In this document: one piece after another, positions 50,022 to 60,835 of the stretch
Layout of the letters: each line of letters begins with the position of its first letter
Position numbering within the stretch: position 1 is the stretch's first letter
DNA from: Microcoleus sp.
Lineage (GTDB): Bacteria; Cyanobacteriota; Cyanobacteriia; Cyanobacteriales; Microcoleaceae
DNA: 64,000 nt
Reading direction: 5' to 3'
Assembly: GCA_042408215.1 (NCBI GenBank)
Contig: JAYFMW010000020.1
Location: 320,001-384,000, forward strand
Position numbers and translations under genes: made by a program
Notes under the pieces: model-generated
Database searches by the model: none
What the model was told of the DNA's origin: nothing
The model's input: only the letters and a program-made list of their open reading frames with translations

Positions 50022-52619
50022 TCAAGCTACCACGAAATTAACCAACTTTCCAGGCACCACAATCACCTTTTTAATCTCCTTACCCTCAAGGTGACGCTTA
50101 GCAAGTTCCGACTCACGAGCGTACTTTTCCAAAGCAACTTTATCGGCAGCAGAAGGCACTTGAATTGTGCCGCGAGTTTTCCCCATAACTTGAATTACCA
50201 GCGTAATTTCATCGGTAATTAATGCTGATGGATCTACAATTGGCCAACTTTGCGTGTGCACGGATTCACTGTTACCAATTAACTGCCACAACTCATCAGC
50301 AATGTGTGGTGAAAAAGGCGCTAATAGCAAAATCAAAGTATTGATTCCTTCTGCATAAATCGGCGAATTTTTACATTTAGCATCAGTCAAAGCATTGCTG
50401 AGTTTCATCATTTCAGAAACAGCAGTATTGAACTGATAATCGCCCGCCAAATCTTCGCTCACTTCCTTAATTGCAATGTGAATCGCCCGCCGCAAATCCT
50501 GCTCAGGTTTACTTAATACCTCTTTCTCCCCCCCTTGGGAAGGCGTGGCAGACGGGAAATTATCTTTCTCCCCCCCTTGGCAAGGGGGGGTTGGGGGGGG
50601 TGAAGCAAATTCTGTCACCAGCCGCCAAACGCGATTTAAAAAGCGAAATTGCCCTTCTACATCAGCGTCATCCCACTCCAAATCTTTCTCAGGCGGCGCT
50701 TTAAATAAAATAAACATCCGCGCCGTATCTACCCCATATTTTTCCATAACTTGTAAGGGGTCAACACCATTGTATTTTGATTTAGACATCTTCTCATAGA
50801 AGACTTCTAAAGCTTCCCCAGTTTCAGGATCTTTTGGATTAGCCACATCTACTTCTGCCGAAGGAACGTATTTGCCAGTAACGGGATTTTTGTAGGCCAT
50901 TGCTTGCACCATGCCTTGAGTTAATAGGCGCTTAAATGGTTCGTCGCAATTGATCAAACCCCGATCGCGCAAAACCTTAGTAAAGAACCGCGAATACAAT
51001 AAGTGCAAGATTGCGTGTTCGATTCCGCCGACATATTGATCCACGGGCATCCAATCATTGATTTTCGCCGTGTCAAATACTTGCTCCTCATTCCTAGCAT
51101 CGGGATAGCGCAAGAAATACCACGAAGAATCGATAAAAGTATCCATCGTATCTGTTTCTCGCTTCGCCGGAGTGCCACAACTCGGACAAGGAACATTTAC
51201 CCAATCTTCCATCTTGGCTAAAGGCGAACCTTTGCCCGTAAATTCCACATTTTCCGGCAACAATACGGGCAAATCTGATGCGGGTACGGGTACTGTTCCG
51301 CAGTTGGGACAGTGAATAACGGGAATGGGAGCGCCCCAATAACGCTGTCTAGAAATTAACCAATCTCTCAAGCGATATTGGACTCGCGCTTTGCCGCAAC
51401 CTGCATTTTCGGCATATCTAATAATCGCTGCTTTGCCTTTAATTGAATCCATGCCGTTGAAGCTTTCAGAATTAATCATAATTCCTGGTTCTGTGTAAGC
51501 TTCGGTCAACGGCCACTCATCATCATCTACAATTACTACTTTAATTGGCAACTGATTTTGATTGGCAAATTGGAAATCTCGCGTGTCGTGGGCGGGTACT
51601 CCCATCACTGCGCCGGTGCCATATTCGTACAGTACATAATCGGCAATCCAAATGGGAATTTCTTCGCCGTTGAAAGGATTGATTGCTTTGCCGCCTGTGG
51701 GAATGCCGCGCTTGGGTTTGTCTTCTGCTGTGCGATCGATTTCGCTTTGGGCGGAGACTTCTTTAGCAAAGGTTTCGACGGCCGCTTTTCTGTCAGGTGT
51801 AGTAACGCGATTAGTTAATGGATGTTCCGGTGCTAAAACAAGATAACTAACGCCATAAACTGTGTCGGGGCGAGTGGTGAAAACAGCGATTTTTTCATCC
51901 ATCCCGACAATGGGAAATTCCAAGTAAGCACCGACTGATTTGCCGATCCAATTTGCTTGCATTAATTTGACTCTTTCAGGCCAATCTGGCAATTTGTCTA
52001 AGTCAGTTAATAACTGTTCGGCATAATCGGTAATTTTGAGGAACCATTGCCGCAATAATTTGCGTTCGACTTGGGCACCGGAACGCCAGGAACGACCTTC
52101 GTTATCGACTTGTTCGTTTGCTAAGACTGTTTGGTCGATGGGGTCCCAATTAACTGCGGCTTCTTTTTGATATGCTAATCCTGCTTCTAAAAATTCCAAG
52201 AAAATCCATTGAGTCCACCGATAATAATCGGGAGAACAAGTTGTAACTTCTTTTGTCCAATCAAAGGAAATACCCAAACGCTGAAATAAGCCTTTCATTT
52301 GGGCAATATTTTGATCGGTCCATTGTGCCGGCGGAATTCCTCGCTCGATGGCGGCATTTTCTGCCGGCAAACCAAAAGCGTCCCATCCCATCGGATTCAA
52401 TACCTGATAGCCTTGCATTCGCTTGAGTCTGGCAATTACATCAATAATTGTGTAGTTGCGGACATGGCCCATGTGCAGGCTTCCCGACGGATAGGGGAAC
52501 ATGGATAAGGCATAAAATTTAGGTCGATCGCTCTTTTCTGGCATTTGGTCTAAGTTTTGCTCAGCCCATGTCTGTTGCCATTTTTCTTCTATGGATTGGG
52601 GGTTGTATTTGGAGTCCAC
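50022..52619 (-). CDS. leuS: Leucine--tRNA ligase
   Basis: HMGH, KMSKS, FTTRPDT editing domain; GTG start after AGGAG. Confidence 0.99.
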   Translation of the reverse strand: MDSKYNPQSIEEKWQQTWAEQNLDQMPEKSDRPKFYALSMFPYPSGSLHMGHVRNYTIIDVIARLKRMQGYQVLNPMGWDAFGLPAENAAIERGIPPAQWTDQNIAQMKGLFQRLGISFDWTKEVTTCSPDYYRWTQWIFLEFLEAGLAYQKEAAVNWDPIDQTVLANEQVDNEGRSWRSGAQVERKLLRQWFLKITDYAEQLLTDLDKLPDWPERVKLMQANWIGKSVGAYLEFPIVGMDEKIAVFTTRPDTVYGVSYLVLAPEHPLTNRVTTPDRKAAVETFAKEVSAQSEIDRTAEDKPKRGIPTGGKAINPFNGEEIPIWIADYVLYEYGTGAVMGVPAHDTRDFQFANQNQLPIKVVIVDDDEWPLTEAYTEPGIMINSESFNGMDSIKGKAAIIRYAENAGCGKARVQYRLRDWLISRQRYWGAPIPVIHCPNCGTVPVPASDLPVLLPENVEFTGKGSPLAKMEDWVNVPCPSCGTPAKRETDTMDTFIDSSWYFLRYPDARNEEQVFDTAKINDWMPVDQYVGGIEHAILHLLYSRFFTKVLRDRGLINCDEPFKRLLTQGMVQAMAYKNPVTGKYVPSAEVDVANPKDPETGEALEVFYEKMSKSKYNGVDPLQVMEKYGVDTARMFILFKAPPEKDLEWDDADVEGQFRFLNRVWRLVTEFASPPPTPPCQGGEKDNFPSATPSQGGEKEVLSKPEQDLRRAIHIAIKEVSEDLAGDYQFNTAVSEMMKLSNALTDAKCKNSPIYAEGINTLILLLAPFSPHIADELWQLIGNSESVHTQSWPIVDPSALITDEITLVIQVMGKTRGTIQVPSAADKVALEKYARESELAKRHLEGKEIKKVIVVPGKLVNFVVA

Positions 52620-52804
52620 AACAATTTCTCCTTGTAAGATTTACTAATGTTTGCTTGAACATTTTTGCACATTCAAGGGGCCTCGATTCGGATTTTTCTG
52701 AGCTCCAAGGATTTTGGCTCAAATATCTGTATTATTTATTGTAGTATATGTAATTTGAGTTGGGGGGCGATCGGCAAAATCTCCCATTCGCCCTGAAAAG
52801 AATC

Positions 52805-53028
52805 AGACTTACGCACGGGTGGTCAGGGTTTCGACACTTCGAATTCGCGGTGGTAGGCGCGTGCGAAGCGTCGCACGCTCGCGTAGCCGAAGTGTCGAAC
52901 CATTCCCGATCCCAACGACTGCGTTGATCCGCTCGCGTAGTCGAAGGGTTCAGGGGAACCGTGGAGGTTGAGCGTAGTCGAAACCAAGTCGAAACCCGGT
53001 TTCTTTGGTCTTGATGCGTAAGTCCTAA
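52805..53028. mobile_element. GACTTACGCA/TGCGTAAGTC-bounded element packed with small palindromic repeats
   Basis: TIR-like ends; CGACACTTCG..CGAAGTGTCG; repeated GCGTAG(T/C)CGAA. Confidence 0.7.
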
Positions 53029-53101
53029 AAAGAATAAATAACCGCAATCCCCAGAAACCCGATTTTTTTGAAAAACCAGGTTTCTTAGCATTTATTATGG
53101 C

Positions 53102-53803
53102 TTAAATGCTATCTGGATCGATGTTCAATTCGCGCAGTTTAGCGGCTAAACGTTCAGCCCTTTGATCTGCTTGTTCTGCTCTTTGATCTGCTTGTTCAGC
53201 TCTTTGATATTCTTGTTGTAGGCGCTGGCGATCTAATAACCGCTGTTCTTCCAATTCCCCATAGGAAAGAAACTTTTCTCCATCAGGTCGATAAATTTCT
53301 AACCCATCTTCTCCCAACTCAAATCGCACACCCAATCTCGGACTGATCCATCCCTCCATCGGCTCAATTACTTCTAAAATTCCCTCAATTCTTTGCCAAC
53401 CTTCCAACTCATTTTTTTCGGGATCGTAAAGGTAATATTCCTCAACTCCATGACGGTGGTAAAATGAAAGTTTCTTATTCATTTTAGTTTGGCGGTCGTT
53501 ATGGGACCGAATCTCAAAGACGACTTGAGGAGCAATATTATCCTCTCGATATTGTATGTAGGAAAGGCGATCGCCCTTTGGCCTCCCAAACACCACCATC
53601 GTATCAGGTGCTTGAGAAATATCTATTCTCCCCTCAACGGGATACCAGAGTAAATCGGCGGCTACAAAAACGTTTGGGTCATTCTTAAACAGCGATTCGC
53701 AGCCTTCTTTAATTTTGACAATTAATTTGTATTGAATGGTGCTTTCTGCCATTGGTTGACCGTCGCTGGAAGGATAAATGATTTCTGCGGTTGTGACTTG
53801 CAT
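53102..53803 (-). CDS. Uma2-family (DUF820) endonuclease-fold protein
   Basis: YPSSDGQPMAE, APD, VVFEI, YYLYDP, RAEQ tail. Confidence 0.93.
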   Translation of the reverse strand: MQVTTAEIIYPSSDGQPMAESTIQYKLIVKIKEGCESLFKNDPNVFVAADLLWYPVEGRIDISQAPDTMVVFGRPKGDRLSYIQYREDNIAPQVVFEIRSHNDRQTKMNKKLSFYHRHGVEEYYLYDPEKNELEGWQRIEGILEVIEPMEGWISPRLGVRFELGEDGLEIYRPDGEKFLSYGELEEQRLLDRQRLQQEYQRAEQADQRAEQADQRAERLAAKLRELNIDPDSI

Positions 53804-54160
53804 AGTGGTTGTCTCCGAGAAGTATCTGGGTTTAATTATAGTATTTTATGCTCGTCATCGGGTGGGGGCGGGTTTACGAGATTGTTGGTTTCAGGCAATT
53901 ATTGTTGGTGAAACCCGCCCCTACATAGATATTGTTCAATCAGCTATTTATCATTGGTAATTCATAAATTTGTAGGGGCGGGTTTTACAAACCATCTATG
54001 TTTAAAATTAAGTATCTCGTAAACCCGCCCCCACCCAAGGAAAAATATATCACTCCCCTACCGACCAAAGAAACCGGGTTTTTCACTCCTTAAAGGCTGA
54101 GATACAATATTTTCGTAAAAAACCCGGTTTCTGGGCACCCATGCGTAAGTCCTATGTTAG

Positions 54161-54739
54161 TTAAAACAGCGAACACTTGCGCTTTAATGCTGCCCGCAAA
54201 AGAGTGTTATATTGTTTTTCCTTGACAGTATAAGCCCCGAATCTTTCGAGGTGGGGATTGTTCATTTGAGCATCGAAAAGCAGATAAGATCGATCGCGCA
54301 ATCTCTCTACCAACTTCACCATCGCCACCTTAGAACCCTCTGGAATTCGATAAAACATCGACTCGCCAATAAACGCGCCGTTGATCGACAATCCGAGAAT
54401 TCCCCCCGCCAGTTCATCCCCGCACCAAGTCTCAAAGCTGTAAGCCCAACCGGCCTCATACAAACCCCAGTAAATCTCCTTGAGCTCCTTAGAAATCCAA
54501 GTCGTTTCGCGATCGGCACAACCCTCAACCACCGCCCCAAAATCGCGGTTTACAGCCACCGAAAACCGATTTTGATTGATTTGACGGCGCAGCGATGTGG
54601 GATAGGTAAATCTCTCATCCAGGGGGATCAGCGCCCGTTGGCGGCTGGAATACCACCCCAAACTATCCTCGCCATCATTTGCCATCAAGAAGTAGCCTTG
54701 CGCGTATCCTTGTATAATTGTCGGTATATCATATTGCAT
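54161..54739 (-). CDS. aat: Leucyl/phenylalanyl-tRNA--protein transferase
   Basis: TTWI, FIGESMF, SKVAM, FDAQ..NPHL. Confidence 0.95.
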   Translation of the reverse strand: MQYDIPTIIQGYAQGYFLMANDGEDSLGWYSSRQRALIPLDERFTYPTSLRRQINQNRFSVAVNRDFGAVVEGCADRETTWISKELKEIYWGLYEAGWAYSFETWCGDELAGGILGLSINGAFIGESMFYRIPEGSKVAMVKLVERLRDRSYLLFDAQMNNPHLERFGAYTVKEKQYNTLLRAALKRKCSLF

Positions 54740-54808
54740 AAATTTATCAGTTGTTTGTCAGTTGACCGTTAACAGCCAACAATTACCAATGAGCAAATAG
54801 GAATAATC

Positions 54809-55138
54809 ATGTCAGAATCGATCGCACCTATTACTTTGCCGCCAGCCAAAAACCCAGAGCAAGAAGGCCAATGGCTCCAACAAACACTGCTCGCATGGCT
54901 TGACTCTGAGTTTATCCCAGAAGCAGCCAACGAGCAAATAGCCAAAAGAGCTACCCAAATCTACGTTCGCCAGCGCATGGAAGGCGAAAACGACGTGGGT
55001 AGCCTTGTAATTGCGATCGTCACCGAAATGCAAGCCTATGATTTTTCTAAAAGCTTCTACGGCGAATTTGCGATCGCCAACGCCGTCAGCGACTTATTAT
55101 TAGAAAGTCTCGGCATCGATAAATGCTGCGGCGAATGA
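54809..55138 (+). CDS. Conserved hypothetical protein
   Basis: AGGA before ATG; protein-like composition (WLDSEFIPE). Confidence 0.8.
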   Translation: MSESIAPITLPPAKNPEQEGQWLQQTLLAWLDSEFIPEAANEQIAKRATQIYVRQRMEGENDVGSLVIAIVTEMQAYDFSKSFYGEFAIANAVSDLLLESLGIDKCCGE

Positions 55139-55357
55139 AGCAAGAAAGAGGAAAATTCAACTCAGAATTAGGAAACAAGAATAAACCCAAAACATAATCC
55201 TGCTGATTAATTGATTCTGAGTTTTTTCTTCTTTCTTCGTACCCTGAACGAAGTCGAAGGGCTTTCTTCCTTCTTCCTTCTTCTTTCTTCCCTCTTCCTT
55301 CTTTCTGATATCCGTTACATCGGTTACAAAATCCGTTGCCGAACTTCGTTCTTTCTA

Positions 55358-55660
55358 CTACCAGCTAGACTTAACTACACCGGGCAAAAGACCTTCGTGA
55401 GCCATTTCTCGAATCATGTTGCGAGACAAACCAAAATCCCGGTAGAAACCTCTCGGCCGACCAGTCGCCCAGCAGCGATTACGCAAACGAGTCCGGGAAC
55501 TGCTGCGGGGTAGCTGTTGCAGTTCGCGGTGAATCGCCATTTTTTCCATCTGATTCGCAGCTTGGTCGAACTGGTCTTTCAGGTCTGCGCGCTTGTCAGC
55601 GTACTTGTCTACGAGTGCTTGGCGCTTTTTTTCGCGCTCGACCATGCTCTTTTTAGCCAT
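55358..55660 (-). CDS. rpsN: 30S ribosomal protein S14 (long type)
   Basis: [27 protein letters not shown]. Confidence 0.99.
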   Translation of the reverse strand: MAKKSMVEREKKRQALVDKYADKRADLKDQFDQAANQMEKMAIHRELQQLPRSSSRTRLRNRCWATGRPRGFYRDFGLSRNMIREMAHEGLLPGVVKSSW

Positions 55661-55748
55661 AATCTGTTGATATCCTTAGATAAATCACAATCTAGTATTT
55701 TACTATATTTTGGTCATTTTGGATGACTTTAGTTGGAAATATTTTTAT

Positions 55749-56043
55749 AAGAAATACCCTGAAAACCCTGCGACTTTAGTCCAGGGATGAAAGGGCGTTG
55801 CAGGATTTATCCTGCCTGCCCCATCTTGACAAACTGATTTTGGTTTGATAAAGTTGTTGAAACTTAGTTGGTGAAAAACCCGACAGTTGCAAGCCGTTAG
55901 GCACCAAAGTAGCCATAGACTCAGCCACTCGCTGTGTGGGTAGTGGGTATCTGACTTACCCTTTAAGAACCGAAGTTTGGGCGGATTCATCCCCCAAAGT
56001 TTGTCCTTAAGAATCCCCGCGTCTTCAGACCGGGGAGTGTCAA
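55749..56043 (+). mobile_element. ORF-less IS200/IS605 mini-element (295 bp) with a promoter and omegaRNA-like body
   Basis: TTTAT flank; left hairpin CCCTG..CAGGG; right end GAATCCCCGCGTCTTCAGACCGGGGAGTGTCAA. Confidence 0.85.
55826..55854 (+). promoter_or_regulatory. Sigma70-type promoter TTGACA-N17-TAAAGT inside the mini-element
   Basis: Consensus -35, 17-bp spacer, -10 with the conserved TA---T. Confidence 0.7.
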
Positions 56044-56210
56044 TTGTACAGAACAACCTATCTCATTTTTAGGGTGCGTCAGCTAAGATTGTGCGATCGA
56101 CAGTTGCTAGCCTTGGAACTGATATCGTTTACGGTTGTTTATGAATGATTTTACCGCAGAGAACGCAGAGAACGCAGAGGAAGAGAAGAGAGATATGCAT
56201 AATTCCGACC

Positions 56211-56858
56211 CTAGGAAGCATTAGCAGAAGGGCATAAATCTGCAAGCTCACAAAGCTCACAAGCCGGATTTCTCGCATTACAAACCGCTCTCCCGTGATA
56301 CACCAGCCGAATTGACCAATTTTCCCAATCATGCTGCGGCAATAATAGCATCAAGTCTCGCTCAATCCGAATTGGATCTGGATGTTTAGTCAATCCCAAC
56401 CGCTGACTCAATCGTTTGACGTGAGTATCAACTGTCACGCCCATATGAATTCCAAAAGCGTGAGCGAGAACCACATTAGCGGTTTTGCGGGCAACTCCGG
56501 GCAATTCTAGCAGCAATTCCATTGTCTGTGGCACTTGATTATTGAATTTATTTGCGATCGCCCAACAAGTACCTTTAATATTTTTAGCTTTATTGCGATA
56601 GAAACCAGTCGATCGCACTAGACTTTCTAGTTCTTCTAAATCTGCATTTCCCAAAGCAACCGCATCGGGAAAACGCTTAAATAAAGCGGGTGTTACCAGA
56701 TTAACTCGCGCGTCTGTGCATTGAGCTGAGAGAATTGTCGCCACGAGCAACTGCACAGGAGTTTCGTAATCGAGAGTGCAGGGAGCATCGGGATAGAGGC
56801 GTTTGAGGCGAATCAAGATTTCGTGCGATCGCTGTTTCACACTTAACTTTTTAGTCAT
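56211..56858 (-). CDS. nth: Endonuclease III
   Basis: ILSAQCTD, HhH LPGVARKTA, VDTH, C-x6-C-x2-C-x5-C. Confidence 0.98.
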   Translation of the reverse strand: MTKKLSVKQRSHEILIRLKRLYPDAPCTLDYETPVQLLVATILSAQCTDARVNLVTPALFKRFPDAVALGNADLEELESLVRSTGFYRNKAKNIKGTCWAIANKFNNQVPQTMELLLELPGVARKTANVVLAHAFGIHMGVTVDTHVKRLSQRLGLTKHPDPIRIERDLMLLLPQHDWENWSIRLVYHGRAVCNARNPACELCELADLCPSANAS

Positions 56859-56927
56859 TAGTCATTAGTCATTAGTCATTAGTCATTAGTTATTAGTTAT
56901 TAGTCATTAGTTATTAGTCATCAGTCA
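56851..56927. repeat. STRR (TAGTCAT)n overlapping the nth start codon
   Basis: Direct reading. Confidence 0.95.
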
Positions 56928-56928
56928 T

Positions 56929-57666
56929 TTACAACTGATTGGGGTCAATTCCCATTTCGCGGAGTCGAGCTTCTAAAGCTTGCGATCGCGATCGTTCTCT
57001 TTCCAGCAAAGTTTCTGCCTGTTCAGCCCTTTGCCGTTCTTGTTCAGCCCTTTGCTGTTCTTGTTCGACTCTTGATTCTGCTTGCTCTCGCAGTTGAGCG
57101 AGTTCCACAAAACTTACAAACGGTGCTCCGTCAGGCCCGAATATTTGTAGTTCGGTTTCTGATAGTTGAAACCGCACTCCTAGTCTGGGACTTACCCAAC
57201 CGTCCGCCGATTCTACAGCTTCTAATTCTTGCTCTCGACGCTGCCATATAGTTAAATCCATTTTTTCTGGGTTGTACAAGTAATATTCTTCCACGCCGTA
57301 GTGTTCGTAAAATTTGAATTTTTGAATCATCGGAGTTAGACGGTTTCCCGGCGACAAAATTTCAAACACGACTTGCGGCGGAATGTTATCTTCGTTCCAC
57401 TGTTGGTAGGAACCTCGATATTTTTTTGGTCTTCCGAAGGCTACCATCACATCTGGCGCTTGAGAAAGTTTGTTATTTCCTTCTCTTGGATACCACAGTA
57501 AGTTTCCGGCTACAAAAACATCAGCAACGCTCGCAAATAATAGTTCTAAGTTTTCCTTAATCCACACGATTAATCGAAACTGTTCGGTATTGTCTGACAT
57601 TGGTTCTCCGTTGTCATCTGGGTAGATAATCTTTGACTTGTCGGGAGATTGCAGTTGTGTAACCAT
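56929..57666 (-). CDS. Uma2-family endonuclease-fold protein
   Basis: YPDDNGEPMSD, APDV, VFEILSP. Confidence 0.93.
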   Translation of the reverse strand: MVTQLQSPDKSKIIYPDDNGEPMSDNTEQFRLIVWIKENLELLFASVADVFVAGNLLWYPREGNNKLSQAPDVMVAFGRPKKYRGSYQQWNEDNIPPQVVFEILSPGNRLTPMIQKFKFYEHYGVEEYYLYNPEKMDLTIWQRREQELEAVESADGWVSPRLGVRFQLSETELQIFGPDGAPFVSFVELAQLREQAESRVEQEQQRAEQERQRAEQAETLLERERSRSQALEARLREMGIDPNQL

Positions 57667-57771
57667 TGCTGTTTTTCCCAAATTGGCTGGTGGATCTATA
57701 TTAGTCATAAGTCATAAGTGATGTAATGACTAATGACTAATGACTAATGACTAATGACTAATGACTGCTGA

Positions 57772-58887
57772 CTATTGCTGCTGCAAAAGATTTTTCATCA
57801 AATCTATCCCAGCCAAATTAGCTGTATCCCTAATAATCAAGAAAATTCCCAAACCCAGCAACAGCACCAAACCAGTCTGCATGACATTTTCCTGAAAGCG
57901 GTTCGGCAAAGGTTTACCCCGCACTCCTTCGATTAACAGAAAAGCTAGCTGGCCGCCATCCAAAGCAGGTAAAGGCAAGATATTAATCACAGCCAAATTG
58001 ATGCTAATTAGCGCCGCAAACTGAAACAAATTCCCTGCATCCGATCGCGCAATCCCTGCACCAATCGCTACAATAGCCACCGGGCCAGACAACTGTGAGG
58101 CGGTTTTGCTGAAATTGCTAACTAACTGACCGAAACCTTGAAATGTCAACTTGACAATTCGCTCAAATTCTGTAGCGGCGTTGCTAAACGCCTCGACAAT
58201 ATTTCCCGCCCGTTGTCGGACGACGGTACCGTTAGAACTAAGTTGTACGCCGATGCGGCCTTTGCCATCCGGGGCCAATTCTGGAGTTACTGTGAGAGCA
58301 ATTTTTTGCTCTTGGCGCTGAATTTCCATCAACAGCGGTTGATTGGGATGGTTTTGAATTTGGGCGACTAGGGATTTGACTGCTTCGCGGGAAGCCCCCA
58401 ATTCTTGACCGTTAACGGACAGAACGATGTCTCCCGATTTAATTCCGGCTTTTGCCGCCGCTGAACTAACTTCCATCGCTACTTCTGGGACTCGAACTCC
58501 TGGTAGGTAGTTCATGGACGGGGCACCGATAGTTGCCAATTGCACCACTAGCAGGAAGTAAGCAAAAATTAAATTGGCAATCACCCCTGCACTAATCACG
58601 ATCGCCCGATCGATCACGGGGCGATTTCTGAGCAAATTCGGGTCATTGGGCGGGATAGTCGTGTCCGGGTCATCATCGGGGAAACCCACGAAACCTCCCA
58701 GGGGAAAGGCCCGGAGGGCATATTCGGTTTCCGGGCCCTGATATTTCCAGAGGATGGGCCCGAAGCCGATGGAAAAGCGGTTGACGTGGATGTTTTGAAG
58801 TCTCGCCGCCAGGAAGTGGCCGAGTTCGTGAACGACAATCAGAAGACCTAAAACTGCGATCGCTGCCAAAGCTGCCAAAACTGACAT
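57772..58887 (-). CDS. rseP: RIP metalloprotease RseP (M50 plus PDZ)
   Basis: HELGH, NILPLPALDGG. Confidence 0.97.
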   Translation of the reverse strand: MSVLAALAAIAVLGLLIVVHELGHFLAARLQNIHVNRFSIGFGPILWKYQGPETEYALRAFPLGGFVGFPDDDPDTTIPPNDPNLLRNRPVIDRAIVISAGVIANLIFAYFLLVVQLATIGAPSMNYLPGVRVPEVAMEVSSAAAKAGIKSGDIVLSVNGQELGASREAVKSLVAQIQNHPNQPLLMEIQRQEQKIALTVTPELAPDGKGRIGVQLSSNGTVVRQRAGNIVEAFSNAATEFERIVKLTFQGFGQLVSNFSKTASQLSGPVAIVAIGAGIARSDAGNLFQFAALISINLAVINILPLPALDGGQLAFLLIEGVRGKPLPNRFQENVMQTGLVLLLGLGIFLIIRDTANLAGIDLMKNLLQQQ

Positions 58888-59128
58888 GAAGGATTCCAGT
58901 GAAATTGTGATGTGACTTTGATTTATTTTAATATCTTTTTAAGATAGGTGGCTTCGGAGCGACAATTTTCGGTCAAACTGGAAGGAAGATGACATTTTAG
59001 GCTCAAGTCCAGCCCGGTGCGCGATGGCTGGTGTCGATTTTGGTCAAAGGCGCGATCGACACTACCAAACTAAACATTAGTTAGTTGTTATCTGTTATTT
59101 GTTATTTGTTAGTTATAATAACTAATCA

Positions 59129-59194
59129 CCCATTCCCCATTCCCCATTCCCCATTCCCCATTCCCCATTCCCCATTCCCCATTCCCCATTCCCA
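59129..59194. repeat. STRR (CCCCATT)n
   Basis: Direct reading. Confidence 0.95.
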
Positions 59195-59198
59195 ATTT

Positions 59199-59876
59199 AT
59201 GAAAGAAACTTCTTTAAATACGATCGCTATTTCTATCTTCGCCATCACGGTTTCAATATTGTTAGGGCCTGTAATTAACTTGCCCCAGACCGTACCTGCG
59301 ATCGCCACTTTTTGCCTGTTAGGGCTAGCCACCTTAGACAGTTTCCAGTGGCAAGGTCAAGGCGGCAGTATTTTGTTGGATTGGCTGGCAGGAACTTCTA
59401 GGGAAAAGCGCGATCGAATCCTCCATCACGAAGCCGGACACTTCCTAGTCGCGCACCTATTAGGAATTCCCGTAACCAGCTATGCCCTCAACGCTTGGGA
59501 AGCATTTAAACAAGGCCAATCAGCCCAAGGGGGCGTTCGATTTGCAGACAAAAAATTAGCATATCAACTCCAAAGTGGCACTCTTTCCGCCCAACTTTTA
59601 GACCAATACTGCACCGTTTGGATGGCCGGAATAGTCGCCGAAAAAATTGTTTATGGCAATGCCGAAGGAGGAGCAGAAGACCTCACTAAAATCAAGGCAA
59701 TTTTAACACAACTGCGGCGGCCAAGTTCCGAAATTCAACTTAAACAAAACTGGGGTTCCCTCCAAGCAAAAAACTTAATTGAAAGCCATAAATTAGCTTA
59801 CGAATCCCTAGTCGCAGCAATGGCAGAAAGGGCAACCGTAGATGAATGTTGTGAGATTATACAGCAAAATTTGTAG
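59199..59876 (+). CDS. Membrane-anchored peptidase-M41-like Zn metalloprotease lacking the AAA domain
   Basis: HEAGH, MAGIVAE, GGAED; ATG 59199. Confidence 0.85.
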   Translation: MKETSLNTIAISIFAITVSILLGPVINLPQTVPAIATFCLLGLATLDSFQWQGQGGSILLDWLAGTSREKRDRILHHEAGHFLVAHLLGIPVTSYALNAWEAFKQGQSAQGGVRFADKKLAYQLQSGTLSAQLLDQYCTVWMAGIVAEKIVYGNAEGGAEDLTKIKAILTQLRRPSSEIQLKQNWGSLQAKNLIESHKLAYESLVAAMAERATVDECCEIIQQNL

Positions 59877-59901
59877 TATTAAAAAGTAAGGGAATTATGC
59901 C

Positions 59902-60459
59902 ATGACTGTAACAGATGTACGCTTGTGGACTGTAACTGAATACCATCGCATGAGCGAAACTGGGATTCTCAATCCCGATGAACGAGTGGAATTAATTGAC
60001 GGGCAAATTATTTCAATGAGTGCCAAAAATCCTCCCCACGCAGCAACTAATCTCTGTGCGGCAGACTATCTCAGAAATCTGTTAACAGGACTTGCTTTAA
60101 TTCGCATCCAAGATCCGATCGCCCTAAGTTATAATTCACAACCAGAACCAGATATTGCTGTAGTGCAAATTGACTCCCGATTCTACCAAGATTTTCACCC
60201 CGCACCCGCTAACATTTTCTTATTAATAGAAATAGCTGACACGACTTTAGAAACAGACCGCAAGCGAAAAGCGCCAGCTTATGCTAAGGCGGGAATTATT
60301 GATTATTGGATACTTGATGTTAACAGGTGGCAAGTTTATGTCTTTCGCGAACCGCACGAGGGAAACTACCGACAAGAAACAGTATTTAATCAAGATGATG
60401 TTTTGTCAATGCTGGCATTTCCCGAAATAGAAGTTCAGATTTCGCAACTGTTTCCTTAA
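59902..60459 (+). CDS. Uma2-family endonuclease-fold protein
   Basis: ELIDG, PEPD, IEIAD, YWILD. Confidence 0.93.
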   Translation: MTVTDVRLWTVTEYHRMSETGILNPDERVELIDGQIISMSAKNPPHAATNLCAADYLRNLLTGLALIRIQDPIALSYNSQPEPDIAVVQIDSRFYQDFHPAPANIFLLIEIADTTLETDRKRKAPAYAKAGIIDYWILDVNRWQVYVFREPHEGNYRQETVFNQDDVLSMLAFPEIEVQISQLFP

Positions 60460-60835
60460 GTCTGTTTCCTTAAGTCTGTAGGGGCGGGTTTTACCAACAA
60501 TCTCGGCCTAAGACCCATAATATAGTAAACCCGCCCCTCCCGATGGTAAATTGAAATGTACGTGCTGTGCGATCGATCGAGAAAGGTTGGCAGTAGCGAT
60601 TGACTGTGGGGGGCGGGTTTATCGATATCTTGAATTACCGATCGATATTTCGGGTAAAACCCGCCCCTACAAACCAATCAATTACTCATTACCCATTACC
60701 AATTCCCAATTACCAATTCCCAAATTTTCAGGATCATCTCGATCGCGGAGCGTAAATTTAGGATTAAAGCAAACAGCAAGTTATACTTCTACTACAAAGC
60801 CCCCCATTTGCAAAATAACCCCGAAATCAAAGTTT

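Noticed and set aside
52805..53028. tRNA or T-box leader for leuS
   Set aside because: No cloverleaf or T-box motif; TIR-like ends and modules shared with dispersed repeats
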